A stretch of DNA of 64,000 nucleotides from Chloroflexota bacterium (GTDB lineage: Bacteria > Chloroflexota > UBA11872). Both the position numbers and the translations under genes were made by a program. Location of the stretch: contig JAPOXD010000053.1 in the NCBI GenBank assembly GCA_026707285.1, positions 5,344 to 69,343 on the forward strand. The letters run 5' to 3'. This document shows positions 8,858 through 19,243 of the stretch, piece after piece (the first letter of the stretch is position 1; every line of letters begins with the position of its first letter). Below the pieces are notes generated by a model. It did not search any database. It worked only from the letters and a program-made list of their open reading frames with translations, and had not been told where the DNA came from.

Positions 8858-10360
8858 ATGTTGGATGCCTGGGTACTTGCGGTCTTCGTCGCCTATTTTG
8901 CGGTGCTCATCGGCATCGCCGTGTTTCGCGCCCGGCGCATGCGCGCAATGTCGGACTATGTGCTCGGGGGACGCAAGCTCAGCAGCTTCACCACGGCCCT
9001 GAGCGCCAGCTCGTCGACGACGAGCGCCTGGACGATCCTGGCGCTGCCGGCGCTGGCCTTTGCCGGGGGCGTGACCCACCTGTGGACCGTCGTCGCCCTC
9101 GTGGCCGGCAGTTGGATCTGCTGGACGGTGGTGGCGAAGCGGTTGCGCCGCTACACCATCGCGGCCGACGACGCCCTGACTCTGCCCGAATTCCTTGAGA
9201 AACGGTTCGGCGACACCTCGCAAGTCCTGCGCACGCTGGCCGCGTTGCTCACCATTCTCTTTGTCATCTTCTACGTGAGCTCGGGATTGGTCGCGGGCGC
9301 CAAGCTGCTGGAATCCGAGTTCGGCGTCGAATACACGCCCGGCATTCTGATCACGTTGATCGCCGTGGCGTCCTACACGTTCATCGGCGGCTTCCTGGCC
9401 GTCTCCCGAACCGACGTCTTTCAGTCGGTGTTGATGCTGGTGGGCTTCATGATCGTGCCGCTGGCGCTGATCGTCGTCGCGGGCGAGTCGTTGCTGCGCG
9501 CGGGCTCCGATACGCCCGGGTTCTGGAATCCGCTGACCGATCCCGACAACAACCCGATCACGCCGGTCATGCTGCTGTCGGCCGTTGGCTGGGGCCTGGG
9601 CTTCTTTGGCTCGCAGCGAATCTTGCAGCGGTTCATGGCGATCGAAGGCGAGTCGAGCATTCCCGCGGGGCGGCGGATCGGCACGATCTGGATCGCGCTG
9701 ATGTACGCCACGGCGGTGGTGCTGGGCGTCATTGCGCTCCCCGCGCTTACCGAACTAGACCTGCTGGAAGCCGTAGCGGACCCGGAGCGGATCTACCTGG
9801 TGGTGGCGGTGGCGTTCTTCCATCCCGTCATCACGGGCCTGCTGATGACCACCTTGATCGCGGCGGTGATGAGCACGGCGGACTCCCAGCTGCTCCTGGC
9901 GTCGGCGGTCGCCGCGGACGACGTGCCGGTGATCCGGCGGCTGACGTACTCCCGCGCGGCCTATGCGCGCGTGTGGATCGGCCGCGGACTGCTGGTCGTG
10001 ATCGGCATCGTGGCCGCGGTGCTGGCGTTGGTGGCCCAGGAGTCGGTGTTGCAGTTGGTCACCTATGCCTGGGGCGGCATGGGCGCCGCCTTCGGGCCGG
10101 TGACGATCCTGGCGCTGTACTGGCGCCGCTTCAACCTCTGGGGCGCGGGCGCGGCGATCGTGACCGGCACCCTGGTGTCCTCGATCTGGTGGGCATCCTC
10201 CGGAGGCCCGGGCGGCGTGATGGACATCCACCCGGCGACCCCTGGGTTCGTGTTCGGGATGATCGCGGCCGTTGCGGTTTCGCTGCTCACGCCACCGCCC
10301 GCGGCGGCGACGGTGCGGACGTTCGATCAGGTGATCGGCGAGCGCGAGGCCGCGGCGTAG
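8858..10360 (+). CDS. putP: Sodium/proline symporter (SSS family)
   Basis: DYVLGGR, TLPEFLEKRFGD, AAVMSTADSQLL, AWGGMGAAFGP; about 13 TM segments. Confidence 0.88.
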   Translation: MLDAWVLAVFVAYFAVLIGIAVFRARRMRAMSDYVLGGRKLSSFTTALSASSSTTSAWTILALPALAFAGGVTHLWTVVALVAGSWICWTVVAKRLRRYTIAADDALTLPEFLEKRFGDTSQVLRTLAALLTILFVIFYVSSGLVAGAKLLESEFGVEYTPGILITLIAVASYTFIGGFLAVSRTDVFQSVLMLVGFMIVPLALIVVAGESLLRAGSDTPGFWNPLTDPDNNPITPVMLLSAVGWGLGFFGSQRILQRFMAIEGESSIPAGRRIGTIWIALMYATAVVLGVIALPALTELDLLEAVADPERIYLVVAVAFFHPVITGLLMTTLIAAVMSTADSQLLLASAVAADDVPVIRRLTYSRAAYARVWIGRGLLVVIGIVAAVLALVAQESVLQLVTYAWGGMGAAFGPVTILALYWRRFNLWGAGAAIVTGTLVSSIWWASSGGPGGVMDIHPATPGFVFGMIAAVAVSLLTPPPAAATVRTFDQVIGEREAAA

Positions 10361-10512
10361 GCGTCGGAAGGTCCCTAGGCCCATGCCGCACCTTCCCCCA
10401 TTCCACCACCAACGAAGGGCAAGCGACGAGCCGATCCGCTCGACCTCGTCAGCGGCGCCTCGTGAACCGTACGAACCCGCGGCATTCCCCAACGCGTCGA
10501 TGCGGCTCGCGC

Positions 10513-11298
10513 TCAGGAGTCCCTTCGCATCGCGACCACGTCCGTGCTGAAATATCCCGGTATCGGAACGCGGGTAGCTTTACGCAACGCAATCCCAAGC
10601 CGGCTGGCGGGAAACTCTCGCGTGAACGAGGTTCGAAACAGCCGATGTAGCCGCCTGAATACGAAATCCGCGACCGGAAAGCGAATCTGATGCTCGAATG
10701 TTCGAATGATTGAGAAGCGCTCAGCCGCGCTCCCAGACACGATAAGCTCATTGAATTCATCCAGTGACCTAAACTCGTAAACATGGCCTCTATCCAAGAC
10801 AATCTCTCCCTGCTCGTTGCGCAGGTAGTACCAGCGAAGATTCGCCCTTCGCACGGATGTGATTACCAGCAGGCCCCCGGGTTTGAGCATCTCGTACAGC
10901 CCGGCTATGAATCCTTGGCGATCTACAATGTGCTCGATGAGTTGCATGCATGCGATGACATCGAAACACTTCGCAGGGAATGGTGCTCTTGCGCCGTCGG
11001 CCTTTACGATTCGTCCGCTACGAATCGTGGTTGCCGCCATCTTTGTTCTGGAAGGCGAGATATCCAGGCCGTATCCCCTCGACGAAGTTCGGTGCTCAAC
11101 ATTCCACAGGAATGTCCCGTTGCCACATCCCACATCGAGAACGCGACCGCCGGCGTCAAGCTGCTCGCGAATAAACTCCCAAGTCGATGGGTGAATTACG
11201 AAGCTTATATCGGTAGCTGGCACGAACTCGTCTTCGTTTGGAATAGTGTCCGGTAGAAAATTCGGCTTCATTTCACGGCTTTGTTCCTTGACGGCCAA
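10513..11298 (-). CDS. Class I SAM-dependent methyltransferase (lower-GC gene)
   Basis: VLDVGCGNG, GLDIS, LKPGGLLVI; start may be ATG at 11271. Confidence 0.85.
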   Translation of the reverse strand: MAVKEQSREMKPNFLPDTIPNEDEFVPATDISFVIHPSTWEFIREQLDAGGRVLDVGCGNGTFLWNVEHRTSSRGYGLDISPSRTKMAATTIRSGRIVKADGARAPFPAKCFDVIACMQLIEHIVDRQGFIAGLYEMLKPGGLLVITSVRRANLRWYYLRNEQGEIVLDRGHVYEFRSLDEFNELIVSGSAAERFSIIRTFEHQIRFPVADFVFRRLHRLFRTSFTREFPASRLGIALRKATRVPIPGYFSTDVVAMRRDS

Positions 11299-11488
11299 GG
11301 TGTCTAGGCGAGAGTGCAGGGGCGTTCGCGGCGGTCAGTTTACTCAAAATGAGAAGCGGTAGCGGTTGAGAGGAAGCAATTGCTGGACATCGCCTTGACG
11401 CATCGGGGACGGGACGGGCGAGATTGGCAGGTCGGCAGGAGCACCGTGCGGGTACCCTACAGTCTGTGTGGCCTCTGAATCCTTCGGC

Positions 11489-13177
11489 ATGAGCAGCCTC
11501 ACCGGCGCCGTGTGGGACATTCGCCGCCGCGCGCCGAAGGAGCTGTTTGCGCGGCTGGAGGACGTGCCGGCGCTCGCGGTGCAGCTGCTGCACAACCGGG
11601 GCTACGCCGACGAGGCGGCGATTCGGGAGTTCTTGGACGGCCCGTTGCCGCCGCACGATCCCTACCTCTTGGACGGCATGGACGCGGCGGTGGCCCGCGT
11701 GACGCAGGCGCTCGCGCAGGGAGAGCGCGTCTACGTGTATGGCGACTACGACGTCGACGGCGTCACCGGCACCGCGCTGCTGCTGGAAACCTTCGAAATG
11801 CTCGGCGCGGCGGCCACGCCCTACATCCCGGAGCGGCTGGCCGAGGGCTACGGCCTCAACCACGACGCGATCGACGCGATCGGCGCGCAGGGTCCCGGAC
11901 TCATGGTGACGGTGGACTGCGGGATCGGCAGCGCCGACGAGATTGCGCGCGCGCGGTCGCACGGGATCGACACCATCGTCACCGACCACCACCCGGGCGA
12001 CGGCGCCGATAACGGCGCGGCGGCGGTGCTGAATCCCAATCAACCAGGCGGCGCGTATCCGTTTCCCGGGCTTTCCGGTGTGGGCGTGGCGTACAAGCTG
12101 GTGCAGGCGCTGGCGGAAGAGATGCCGGAGCGGCTGCCGTATCCCGAAGAGTTTCTCGATCTCGTGGCCCTGGGGACCGTGGCGGACATGGCGCCGCTGC
12201 GGGACGAAAACCGCACGTTCGTGGCCGAGGGTCTCGAAGCGCTGCGACAAACCCGGCGCCGCGGGCTGCACGCGCTCGGCGAGATCGCCCGACGCCCCGT
12301 CTCACGCGTGGGCGCAGCGGACATCGCCTTCGGCTACGCACCGCGGCTCAATGCCGCCGGGCGCCTGGCGCGCGCCGATCTGGCGCTGCAGTTGCTTCGA
12401 GCCGGCCATTCGGTCGAGGCCGAGTCGCTGGCGCACGAGCTCGACAATCTCAACATCGAGCGCCGCCGACTGACCCAACTGGTGATCGACGCGGCGGCGG
12501 CGCAGATCGACTCGGCGGAGCCGCTGGTCTTCGCGATCGGCGACGAGTTTCCGCTGGGCGTCGTCGGGTTGGCCGCCGGCCGCCTGGTGGAACAGACGGG
12601 GCTGCCCGCGTTCGTGGGGGCGCACGTGAACGGAATGGTGCGCGGATCGGCGCGGGCGCCGGACGGCGTGGTGCTCGCCGAGGTCCTGGGAACGCAGGCG
12701 AATCTGCTCGACGCCTGGGGCGGGCATGCTCAGGCGGCGGGGTTCTCCGTGCGGCCCGAGCGCGTGGATGCGCTGCGCGACGGTCTGGTTCAGGAGCTGG
12801 AGCGAGCGGGCGTCCAGGCGCCGGCGGAGCCGCGATTGGACGCTGACTGCCGCGTCTACCCGCGAACCGTGACCTGGGAGACCTATGAGTTGACCCAGCA
12901 GCTGGGACCGTTCGGCGAGGCGCATGCCGAACCGCGCTTCGTGGTGGAAAATGTGGCCATCGACGAAACCCGGGTCGTGGGCTCGACGCATCTCGTGCTG
13001 CGCTTTGCGGAGCTGGGCGCGGATGTGGAGGGCATCTGGTTCGGACAGGCGGATCTGCGCCACGAGATTCCGCCGGGCCGGCGCTGCGACGTGGCGTTCC
13101 GTCTGAACCTGCGAACGTTCAACGACGAGACGCGGCTGCAAATGCTCATCGACGACATCCGCCACTCGGCGGCCTAG
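11489..13177 (+). CDS. recJ: Single-stranded DNA-specific exonuclease RecJ
   Basis: YGDYDVDG, EGYGLN, TVDCG, TDHH, LGTVAD, PRLNAAGR, GGHAQAAG; start ATG 11489 (GTG 11468 alternative). Confidence 0.96.
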   Translation: MSSLTGAVWDIRRRAPKELFARLEDVPALAVQLLHNRGYADEAAIREFLDGPLPPHDPYLLDGMDAAVARVTQALAQGERVYVYGDYDVDGVTGTALLLETFEMLGAAATPYIPERLAEGYGLNHDAIDAIGAQGPGLMVTVDCGIGSADEIARARSHGIDTIVTDHHPGDGADNGAAAVLNPNQPGGAYPFPGLSGVGVAYKLVQALAEEMPERLPYPEEFLDLVALGTVADMAPLRDENRTFVAEGLEALRQTRRRGLHALGEIARRPVSRVGAADIAFGYAPRLNAAGRLARADLALQLLRAGHSVEAESLAHELDNLNIERRRLTQLVIDAAAAQIDSAEPLVFAIGDEFPLGVVGLAAGRLVEQTGLPAFVGAHVNGMVRGSARAPDGVVLAEVLGTQANLLDAWGGHAQAAGFSVRPERVDALRDGLVQELERAGVQAPAEPRLDADCRVYPRTVTWETYELTQQLGPFGEAHAEPRFVVENVAIDETRVVGSTHLVLRFAELGADVEGIWFGQADLRHEIPPGRRCDVAFRLNLRTFNDETRLQMLIDDIRHSAA

Positions 13178-13189
13178 CGGAGGCGTCGG

Positions 13190-15586
13190 ATGCCAGTTTC
13201 AGTGACGGCCACGCTGGCGCCGATGGTGAGCGCGGACACGCCCGCGCTGGCCATCGACGAGCTGCTGGAGCGGGTCGCCGCCTACACGCCCGCCGACGAT
13301 CAGCCCGAGGCCGGCGAGCTCATCCGCCGCGCCTACGCCGCCGCCGAGCGGGCGCACGCGCCGCAGAAACGGCTATCCGGCGAGCCCTACATCCAGCACG
13401 TGCTGGCGGTGGCCATGCTGGTGGCCGATCTTCACCTCGACGCGGACACGGTTGCGGCAGGTCTGCTGCACGACGCGGTCGAGGACACCAGCCTGAGCCT
13501 GGACGTGATCCGGCGGCAGTTCGGGAGCGGGGTGGCCGAACTGGTCGATGGGGTGACCAAGCTGGAGCGCGTCACCGTGGCGAGCCTGGACGAACAGCAG
13601 GCGCAAAACCTGCGCAAGGTGCTGCTGGCCATGGCGCGCGACGTGCGCGTGGTGCTGATCAAGCTCGCCGACCGGCTGCACAACGTGCGCACCGCCTGGG
13701 TGTATTCGGCCGAGAAGCGCGCCCGGTATGGGGAGGAAACACTCGAGATTTTCGCGCCCCTGGCCGGGCGCCTGGGCATCGAGGAATGGCGCTGGCAGTT
13801 GGAGGACTACGCGCTCAAGCTGCTGGACCCCGATCGCTACCGCGACCTGGCCCGCTGGCTGCTGGCCGAGCGGCGCGCGCGCGAGGCCGCCATCGCCGAG
13901 GTTCAGGAGCAACTGCGCCACGGCCTGGACGACGCCGGAATCGACGCCCACATCCAGAGCCGGGTCAAGCACATTTACAGCATCGAGCGAAAGATCCGGC
14001 GCAAGGGCGCCGACCGCGAGTCGATCTACGACATTCTGGCGATCCGCGTGATCGTGAACTCCCAGCAGGACTGCTATGGCGCGCTGGGCGTGGTGCACGG
14101 GGCCTGGCGCCATATCCCGGTCGAGTTCGACGACTACATCTCGGCGCCCAAGGAAAACGGCTACCAGTCGCTGCATACCGCCGTGCTGGGGCCCGACGGC
14201 AAGCCGGTCGAAGTGCAGATCCGCACCCGCGAGATGCACCAAAACGCGGAGTACGGCGTGGCGGCGCACTGGCGCTACAAGGAGGGCGGCCCGCTTGGGC
14301 CCGAGGCCTTCTTGGACAAGCTGGCCTGGATCCGGCAGATCCTGAGCTGGCAGGAGGACGGCGACTCGGCGGGGGCATTCGTGGACGCCGTCAAGACCGA
14401 CTTCTTCAGCGACACCGTGTTCGTGTTCACGCCGAAGGGCGAGGTCAAGGACTTTCCCATCGGCAGCACGCCGCTGGACTTCGCCTATCGCATCCATAGC
14501 GACGTGGGCCACTCCTGCATCGGGGCCAAGGTGAACCGCCGCCTGGTACCGCTGGACCACGAGCTGGAAAACGGCGACGTGGTGGAGATTCTGACCAGCA
14601 CCAGCAGCAAGGGGCCGAGCCGGGCGTGGCTGTCGCAGGTGCGCACGGCGCATGCCCGCGACAAGATTCGCCGCTGGTTCAAGCGGCACGAAAAGGCCGA
14701 GAACGTCGTCTCGGGCCGCGCGCTGCTCGACCGGGAGCTGCGGCGCGTGGGCCAGGGCGGGGTCGCGAACGTGCCGGACGCCGACCTGAAGGCGATCGCC
14801 ACCTCGCTGGGCTACTTGGACGTCGAGAGCCTGCTGGCCGGCGTCGGCTACGGCGCCACCACGGTGCACCAGGTCGTGACACGGCTGCGGCTCACCCCGG
14901 AGGTGGCGGAGCCGGAGCTGCCGGAAACGCTGGAGCCGGACGAGCGGCGCGAGGTGCAGCCGTTGGTCAACGTGCTGGGCGCGGGCAATCTGCTCACGCG
15001 CGTGGCGGCCTGCTGCCATCCGCTGCCGGGGGACGACATCGTGGGCTTCATCACCCGCGGCCACGGGGTCAGCATCCACCGCCGCAACTGCGCCAACGTG
15101 CGCAACGTGTCAGAGCCCGAGCGCCTCGTGCCCGTGTCCTGGGCCGACCGGCTGGTCGAGACGGATACCGACCTGCCCGTCCGACTGGCGAGTTGCTGCA
15201 CGCCGAGGCTCGGCCGACGCATCGAAGGCGTGGCCAAGAACGGCGCGGTGGAGGTGCACCGGCGCACTTGCCGCGAGCTGGCCGGCGAGACCGACCCCCG
15301 CGTGCCGGTGCGCTGGATCGAGGACGACACGCAAAGCCTGCCGGTCAGCATCCGCGTGGTGGCGCACGACCGCGAAGGGCTGACGCACGACATCACCGGC
15401 ATCATCCGGGAAGAGGGACTCAACATTGCCACCATGTCGGTGCGCACCAACCGGCGGCACGAGGCCACCTTCCGGCTCACCGTGGCGCTGCGCAGCGTGG
15501 CCCAGCTGGCCCGGCTGCTGCGGCGCATCGAGACCGTCCGCGGCGTGGTCGCGGTCTCGCGCGAAGGTGCGCGGGCGCGGCAATAG
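13190..15586 (+). CDS. relA: Bifunctional (p)ppGpp synthetase/hydrolase Rel, with duplicated ZFD domain
   Basis: RLSGEPYIQH, LHDAVED (intact HD), KLADRLHN, KENGYQSLHT, EVQIRT, TGS (FTPKGEV), ZFD, C-terminal ACT (DREGLTHDI). Confidence 0.95.
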   Translation: MPVSVTATLAPMVSADTPALAIDELLERVAAYTPADDQPEAGELIRRAYAAAERAHAPQKRLSGEPYIQHVLAVAMLVADLHLDADTVAAGLLHDAVEDTSLSLDVIRRQFGSGVAELVDGVTKLERVTVASLDEQQAQNLRKVLLAMARDVRVVLIKLADRLHNVRTAWVYSAEKRARYGEETLEIFAPLAGRLGIEEWRWQLEDYALKLLDPDRYRDLARWLLAERRAREAAIAEVQEQLRHGLDDAGIDAHIQSRVKHIYSIERKIRRKGADRESIYDILAIRVIVNSQQDCYGALGVVHGAWRHIPVEFDDYISAPKENGYQSLHTAVLGPDGKPVEVQIRTREMHQNAEYGVAAHWRYKEGGPLGPEAFLDKLAWIRQILSWQEDGDSAGAFVDAVKTDFFSDTVFVFTPKGEVKDFPIGSTPLDFAYRIHSDVGHSCIGAKVNRRLVPLDHELENGDVVEILTSTSSKGPSRAWLSQVRTAHARDKIRRWFKRHEKAENVVSGRALLDRELRRVGQGGVANVPDADLKAIATSLGYLDVESLLAGVGYGATTVHQVVTRLRLTPEVAEPELPETLEPDERREVQPLVNVLGAGNLLTRVAACCHPLPGDDIVGFITRGHGVSIHRRNCANVRNVSEPERLVPVSWADRLVETDTDLPVRLASCCTPRLGRRIEGVAKNGAVEVHRRTCRELAGETDPRVPVRWIEDDTQSLPVSIRVVAHDREGLTHDITGIIREEGLNIATMSVRTNRRHEATFRLTVALRSVAQLARLLRRIETVRGVVAVSREGARARQ

Positions 15587-15594
15587 CCACGCCC

Positions 15595-15622
15595 CTGGAC
15601 CCCGGCTTTCGCCGGGGTGACG
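15595..15622. repeat. REP-like palindrome (GTCA...CCA family)
   Basis: CTGGACCCCGGCTTTCGCCGGGGTGACG hairpin just after the rel stop; same architecture as 53421-53448. Confidence 0.7.
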
Positions 15623-15715
15623 AGGTGTGGCCCTGAGCGGTGCGACGGCCGTCATTTCGCGCGGGGTACCGTAAGCGGAGTCCGACGAGCGACGCACCAC
15701 ACCACTGGAGAAGAC

Positions 15716-16618
15716 ATGGCGAATCAACTGGCGACCGCGACGTTGGGGCGAACGGGTCTGGAAGTGACGCGCCTCGGTTATGGCGCGATGGAGATTCGCG
15801 GAGGGCCGCGCGGGCGCGCCACCTCCGACGCCGAGGCGGAGGCCATTCTCAGGGCTGTGCTCGACGCCGGGATTACCTATATCGACACGTCCAACGACTA
15901 CGGGCGGAGCGAGGAGCTGATCGGCCGGTTCATCTCCGACCGGCGGGACGAGTATTTGCTGGCCACCAAGTGTGGCTGCGTGGGACCCGCCGGCGGTCAG
16001 CACGTCTGGACGCGCGAGAACCTGATGCGCGGGCTGGAGCAGAGCTTGGAGCTTCTGCGCACCGACTACGTCGACGTGATGCAGTTGCACGGCGCCTCCG
16101 TCGAGGAGTCCGAGCGCGAGGGCGTGGTGGACACGCTGAACGCCATGCGCGAGCAGGGCAAGGTGCGGCACATCGCGACGTCGACCTCGGTGCCGAACCT
16201 GCCGACGTTCATCGAGTGGGGGTCGTTCGATCTCTTCCAGATCCCTTATTCGGCGCTGAACCGCGAGCACGAGGCGTGGATCAGCAAGTCGGCTGAAGCC
16301 GGGATCGGGACCGTGATCCGCGGGGGCGTGCAAAAGGGTGAGCCCGGCGAAGGCGGCGGCCGGGCCGACGCCTGGGACAAGTTCGAGCGGGCCAATCTGG
16401 ACGAGCTGCGCGCCGAAGGCGAGAGCCGCACGGCCTTCATGCTGCGCTACACGCTGAGCCACCCGGACGTGCACACGATCATCGTGGGCACGAAGAACCC
16501 GGCCCACCTGCAGGAAAACCTGGAGACCGAGCGGCGCGGTCCGTTGGCCCCGGATGTCTACGCCGAGGCGAAGCGCCGGCTGGATGCCATCGGCGAGTCG
16601 CCCCAGAGTGCGGGATAG
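15716..16618 (+). CDS. Aldo/keto reductase
   Basis: LGRTGLEVTRLGYGA, IDTSNDYGRSEE, LATK, LRTDYVDVMQLH; RBS GGAGA before ATG 15716. Confidence 0.92.
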   Translation: MANQLATATLGRTGLEVTRLGYGAMEIRGGPRGRATSDAEAEAILRAVLDAGITYIDTSNDYGRSEELIGRFISDRRDEYLLATKCGCVGPAGGQHVWTRENLMRGLEQSLELLRTDYVDVMQLHGASVEESEREGVVDTLNAMREQGKVRHIATSTSVPNLPTFIEWGSFDLFQIPYSALNREHEAWISKSAEAGIGTVIRGGVQKGEPGEGGGRADAWDKFERANLDELRAEGESRTAFMLRYTLSHPDVHTIIVGTKNPAHLQENLETERRGPLAPDVYAEAKRRLDAIGESPQSAG

Positions 16619-16637
16619 GTAGCGCCGGGGTCGCCGC

Positions 16638-16670
16638 CCGGTGGCCCAGGCTGCGTGCAGCCTGGGGAGC
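16638..16670. repeat. REP-like palindrome CCCRGGCTG-N4-CAGCCYGGG (further copies at about 18202-18225 and 57694-57725)
   Basis: Three intergenic copies; a compensatory A-T versus G-C pair in the stem. Confidence 0.7.
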
Positions 16671-16786
16671 ACGTGGGCTGCAACCGATCGATATGGAACA
16701 GGCGTAGAGACTCCATAGAACGCACGGCGGCTGGGGTCACGGGGCTATGGTGGTCCGTACCAGCCGATCGACAGAGTCGTGAGCGA

Positions 16787-17743
16787 ATGGGCACCGACGA
16801 AGGCTTCGCGGAGGCGCTGCGCGCCGGCGATATCGAGGCTGTCAGGAGCTTCCCGAAGACCGACCTTCACGCGCACGGGTACATCAGCGCCCGCATCGAG
16901 AGCCTCGAGCGACGGCTTGGGCACGCGCTGCTGAGGCCTCCGCGCCGCATGAATGGCCTGGGGGAGTTTCAGGAGTACCTGCGGGTGGCCATTGACCCCT
17001 ACGTCGGCACCATTGAAGGCGCGGAGCTCGCGGCTCAGGTGGCCGTCGCCGACGCCATCGACGACGGCGTGTCTGTGTTCGAGATGAGCTTCGATATCTG
17101 GCCCGCGCCCCTCTACCCGGACGGCCTCGACGGCCATGTCCGCTTCATTCGATCACTGGTGGAGCAATGCCAAGACCGCATTCGGCTGCGGCCGGAGCTC
17201 GGGATCTCGCGACGCTACGCGTCCAATGCCGCACTCATGGGCCATGCCGCCGAGGCCGTCGCGTCCGCGTTCTTTACCTCAATCGATCTCTACAGCACCG
17301 AGGACGCCTGCGCCCCCGAGGATGTGCAGCCGCTCTACGCGCAGGCGCGCGCCCAGGGAATGATGCTCAAGGCGCACGTGGGCGAGTTCGGCAGCGCCGA
17401 AGACGTCCGCCGGACGGTCGAGGTGTTGGACCTCGACGAGGTGCAGCACGGCATCGCCGCCGCCGACAGCCCCGACGTCATGCGGTGGCTCGCCGAGAGG
17501 GGCGTGCGGCTCAATGTCTGTCCCACCAGCAACGTGATGCTGGGCGTGGTGGGAGACCTCGCGGGCCATCCGATCCGCCGGCTCCACGACCACGGCGTCG
17601 CGGTGACGGTGAACTCGGACGACCTCACGGTGTTCGGGCAAAGCGTCTCTGACGAATACCTGAACCTAATCCGGGCTGGAGTGTTCACGGCCGGGGAGCT
17701 GGACGGTATTCGCGTGGCGGCGCTCGCCAGCCGCAGCAGTTAG
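16787..17743 (+). CDS. Adenosine/adenine deaminase family amidohydrolase
   Basis: PKTDLHAH, KAHVGE, QHG, CPTSN, VNSDD. Confidence 0.88.
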   Translation: MGTDEGFAEALRAGDIEAVRSFPKTDLHAHGYISARIESLERRLGHALLRPPRRMNGLGEFQEYLRVAIDPYVGTIEGAELAAQVAVADAIDDGVSVFEMSFDIWPAPLYPDGLDGHVRFIRSLVEQCQDRIRLRPELGISRRYASNAALMGHAAEAVASAFFTSIDLYSTEDACAPEDVQPLYAQARAQGMMLKAHVGEFGSAEDVRRTVEVLDLDEVQHGIAAADSPDVMRWLAERGVRLNVCPTSNVMLGVVGDLAGHPIRRLHDHGVAVTVNSDDLTVFGQSVSDEYLNLIRAGVFTAGELDGIRVAALASRSS

Positions 17744-17792
17744 ACGCGCTGAATTACGACCATCTCCAACGGCAGGCGTGCGCCTCGCCGAA

Positions 17793-18164
17793 CTACGGCT
17801 TGCTCGCAGCGCGGTCGATACGTCGCTGGAGCCGGACCAGGAACCCTTTGAGTTCCGGGTCCTGCGTGAGGCAAAGGGCGTGATGCGCGCTGGTGGTGGC
17901 CTCCGCGTGAGAGCCGGTTTTGAACAGGCTGCTAGCCAGCCAGGCGTACGCCTCAGCCTCTAAACCCGGATCGATGCCGAGTGCGAGCGCTTTCCGGTAG
18001 TGGGGGATCGCCTGGGCTTCTCGACCGTTATTGTCGTGGAAGAGGGCAAGGTCGTAGTGGGCGCGAGCCTTCGCCTTCGTTGTCGTCGCCTGGTCCAGCG
18101 CGGCGGTCAGCGAACCGAGGCTCCGGCGCTTTGGCAACTGCTTCTCCAACGTCGGAGACTCCAC
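17793..18164 (-). CDS. Small tetratricopeptide repeat protein
   Basis: AHYDLALFHDNNGREAQAIPHYRKALALG and AYAWLASSLFKTG TPR consensus. Confidence 0.75.
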   Translation of the reverse strand: MESPTLEKQLPKRRSLGSLTAALDQATTTKAKARAHYDLALFHDNNGREAQAIPHYRKALALGIDPGLEAEAYAWLASSLFKTGSHAEATTSAHHALCLTQDPELKGFLVRLQRRIDRAASKP

Positions 18165-18301
18165 TCCTCGTCACATTATTCGTGAAGCAGGTCCCCGGCA
18201 CCCCGGGCTGCGGGCAGCCCGGGAGACAATCTGCGGCTCACGCCGTCGCGGACGCGCGCTCCGGGCTGCCAATGCTGACGCTCGACGCAAAGACGGTCTC
18301 G

Positions 18302-19234
18302 CTACCCGGCGCCAGGCGACTCTGAAGGGGCGGCCCGGGTCGACTCGTCCTCGCCGTGCAGCCAGCGGAGGCCGCCCGGCCAGCCGCGCATGGACTGCTC
18401 CAGGATCGAGCGGGTGTAGGGGTTGAGTCCGCTGACCGTGAAGTCGTAGCGGTCGGCCTCCCACACGAGGTAGTTCACGATGGCCACGCCCAAGAACTGC
18501 GCCGCCGAGCCGTAGCCGCCGTGGAGCCGCCGGTGGGCGGCGATGAGCGGCGGGTCGTGCTGGAGCTCCCAAGCCGACGCCGGCCTGCCGTCTTGGTGGC
18601 GATAGACGACTCCGTTCACGACGTCGACACAGCCCCACTGTCCCTGGCGCAGCGCCTCAACGATCACATGGCCGCTGTAGGCCGCCTCGGTGTTGAACAG
18701 GCAAACCAGCCTGGCCGGCAATCCGGCGACCTGGCATAGGACGCAGCCAACACGGGACAAATCGGTGCACCAGTCAGTGCCCCGCTCGACGATGGCCTCC
18801 TCGTGGCCGCCCAGCAGGAAGTCGTCGAGACTCAGATCGTCGGCGGCCTCTGCAATGTCGGCGCACCACCGGACTATGCCGTCGACGATTTCCTCCGGGT
18901 CCGTGGCGCCGGCGGTCGCCGCGCGCAGGAACCGCTCCAACTCGGGACGTGATCCGGGACGATAGCGCGACGTGGTAGGCGTGTAGGACCCATAGAGGTA
19001 GTCGGCCGTCGCCGCGTGAAGCCGGATCATGCGTTGCGACAGCACCCGGTCGACCGATCCGGCGGCGTGAGCGTCGCCGGCCAGCATGACCTGGTAGGCC
19101 GGACCGAACTGGTCTTCGCCGACATATTCGGCGATTTCCGGTGGCATGTCGGGCGTGGGCATGAGTCGAGATGTCGCGGCAGCCGTTTGGTGAGCAAGTC
19201 TATGCCGCGCCTGCGCCGAGAGCCTGTCGTCCAA
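18302..19234 (-). CDS. Transglutaminase-like domain protein
   Basis: Cys-His-Asp triad pattern: DWCTDLSR...AGLPARLV...GHVIVE...WGCVD; start may be ATG near 19162. Confidence 0.8.
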   Translation of the reverse strand: MDDRLSAQARHRLAHQTAAATSRLMPTPDMPPEIAEYVGEDQFGPAYQVMLAGDAHAAGSVDRVLSQRMIRLHAATADYLYGSYTPTTSRYRPGSRPELERFLRAATAGATDPEEIVDGIVRWCADIAEAADDLSLDDFLLGGHEEAIVERGTDWCTDLSRVGCVLCQVAGLPARLVCLFNTEAAYSGHVIVEALRQGQWGCVDVVNGVVYRHQDGRPASAWELQHDPPLIAAHRRLHGGYGSAAQFLGVAIVNYLVWEADRYDFTVSGLNPYTRSILEQSMRGWPGGLRWLHGEDESTRAAPSESPGAG

Positions 19235-19243
19235 TTTGGCAGG

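Noticed and set aside
13373-16672. Long antisense ORFs (also 21407-23020, 24436-25806, 38727-42236, 47461-48807)
   Set aside because: Shadow ORFs expected opposite real genes in high-GC DNA; no recognisable motifs.
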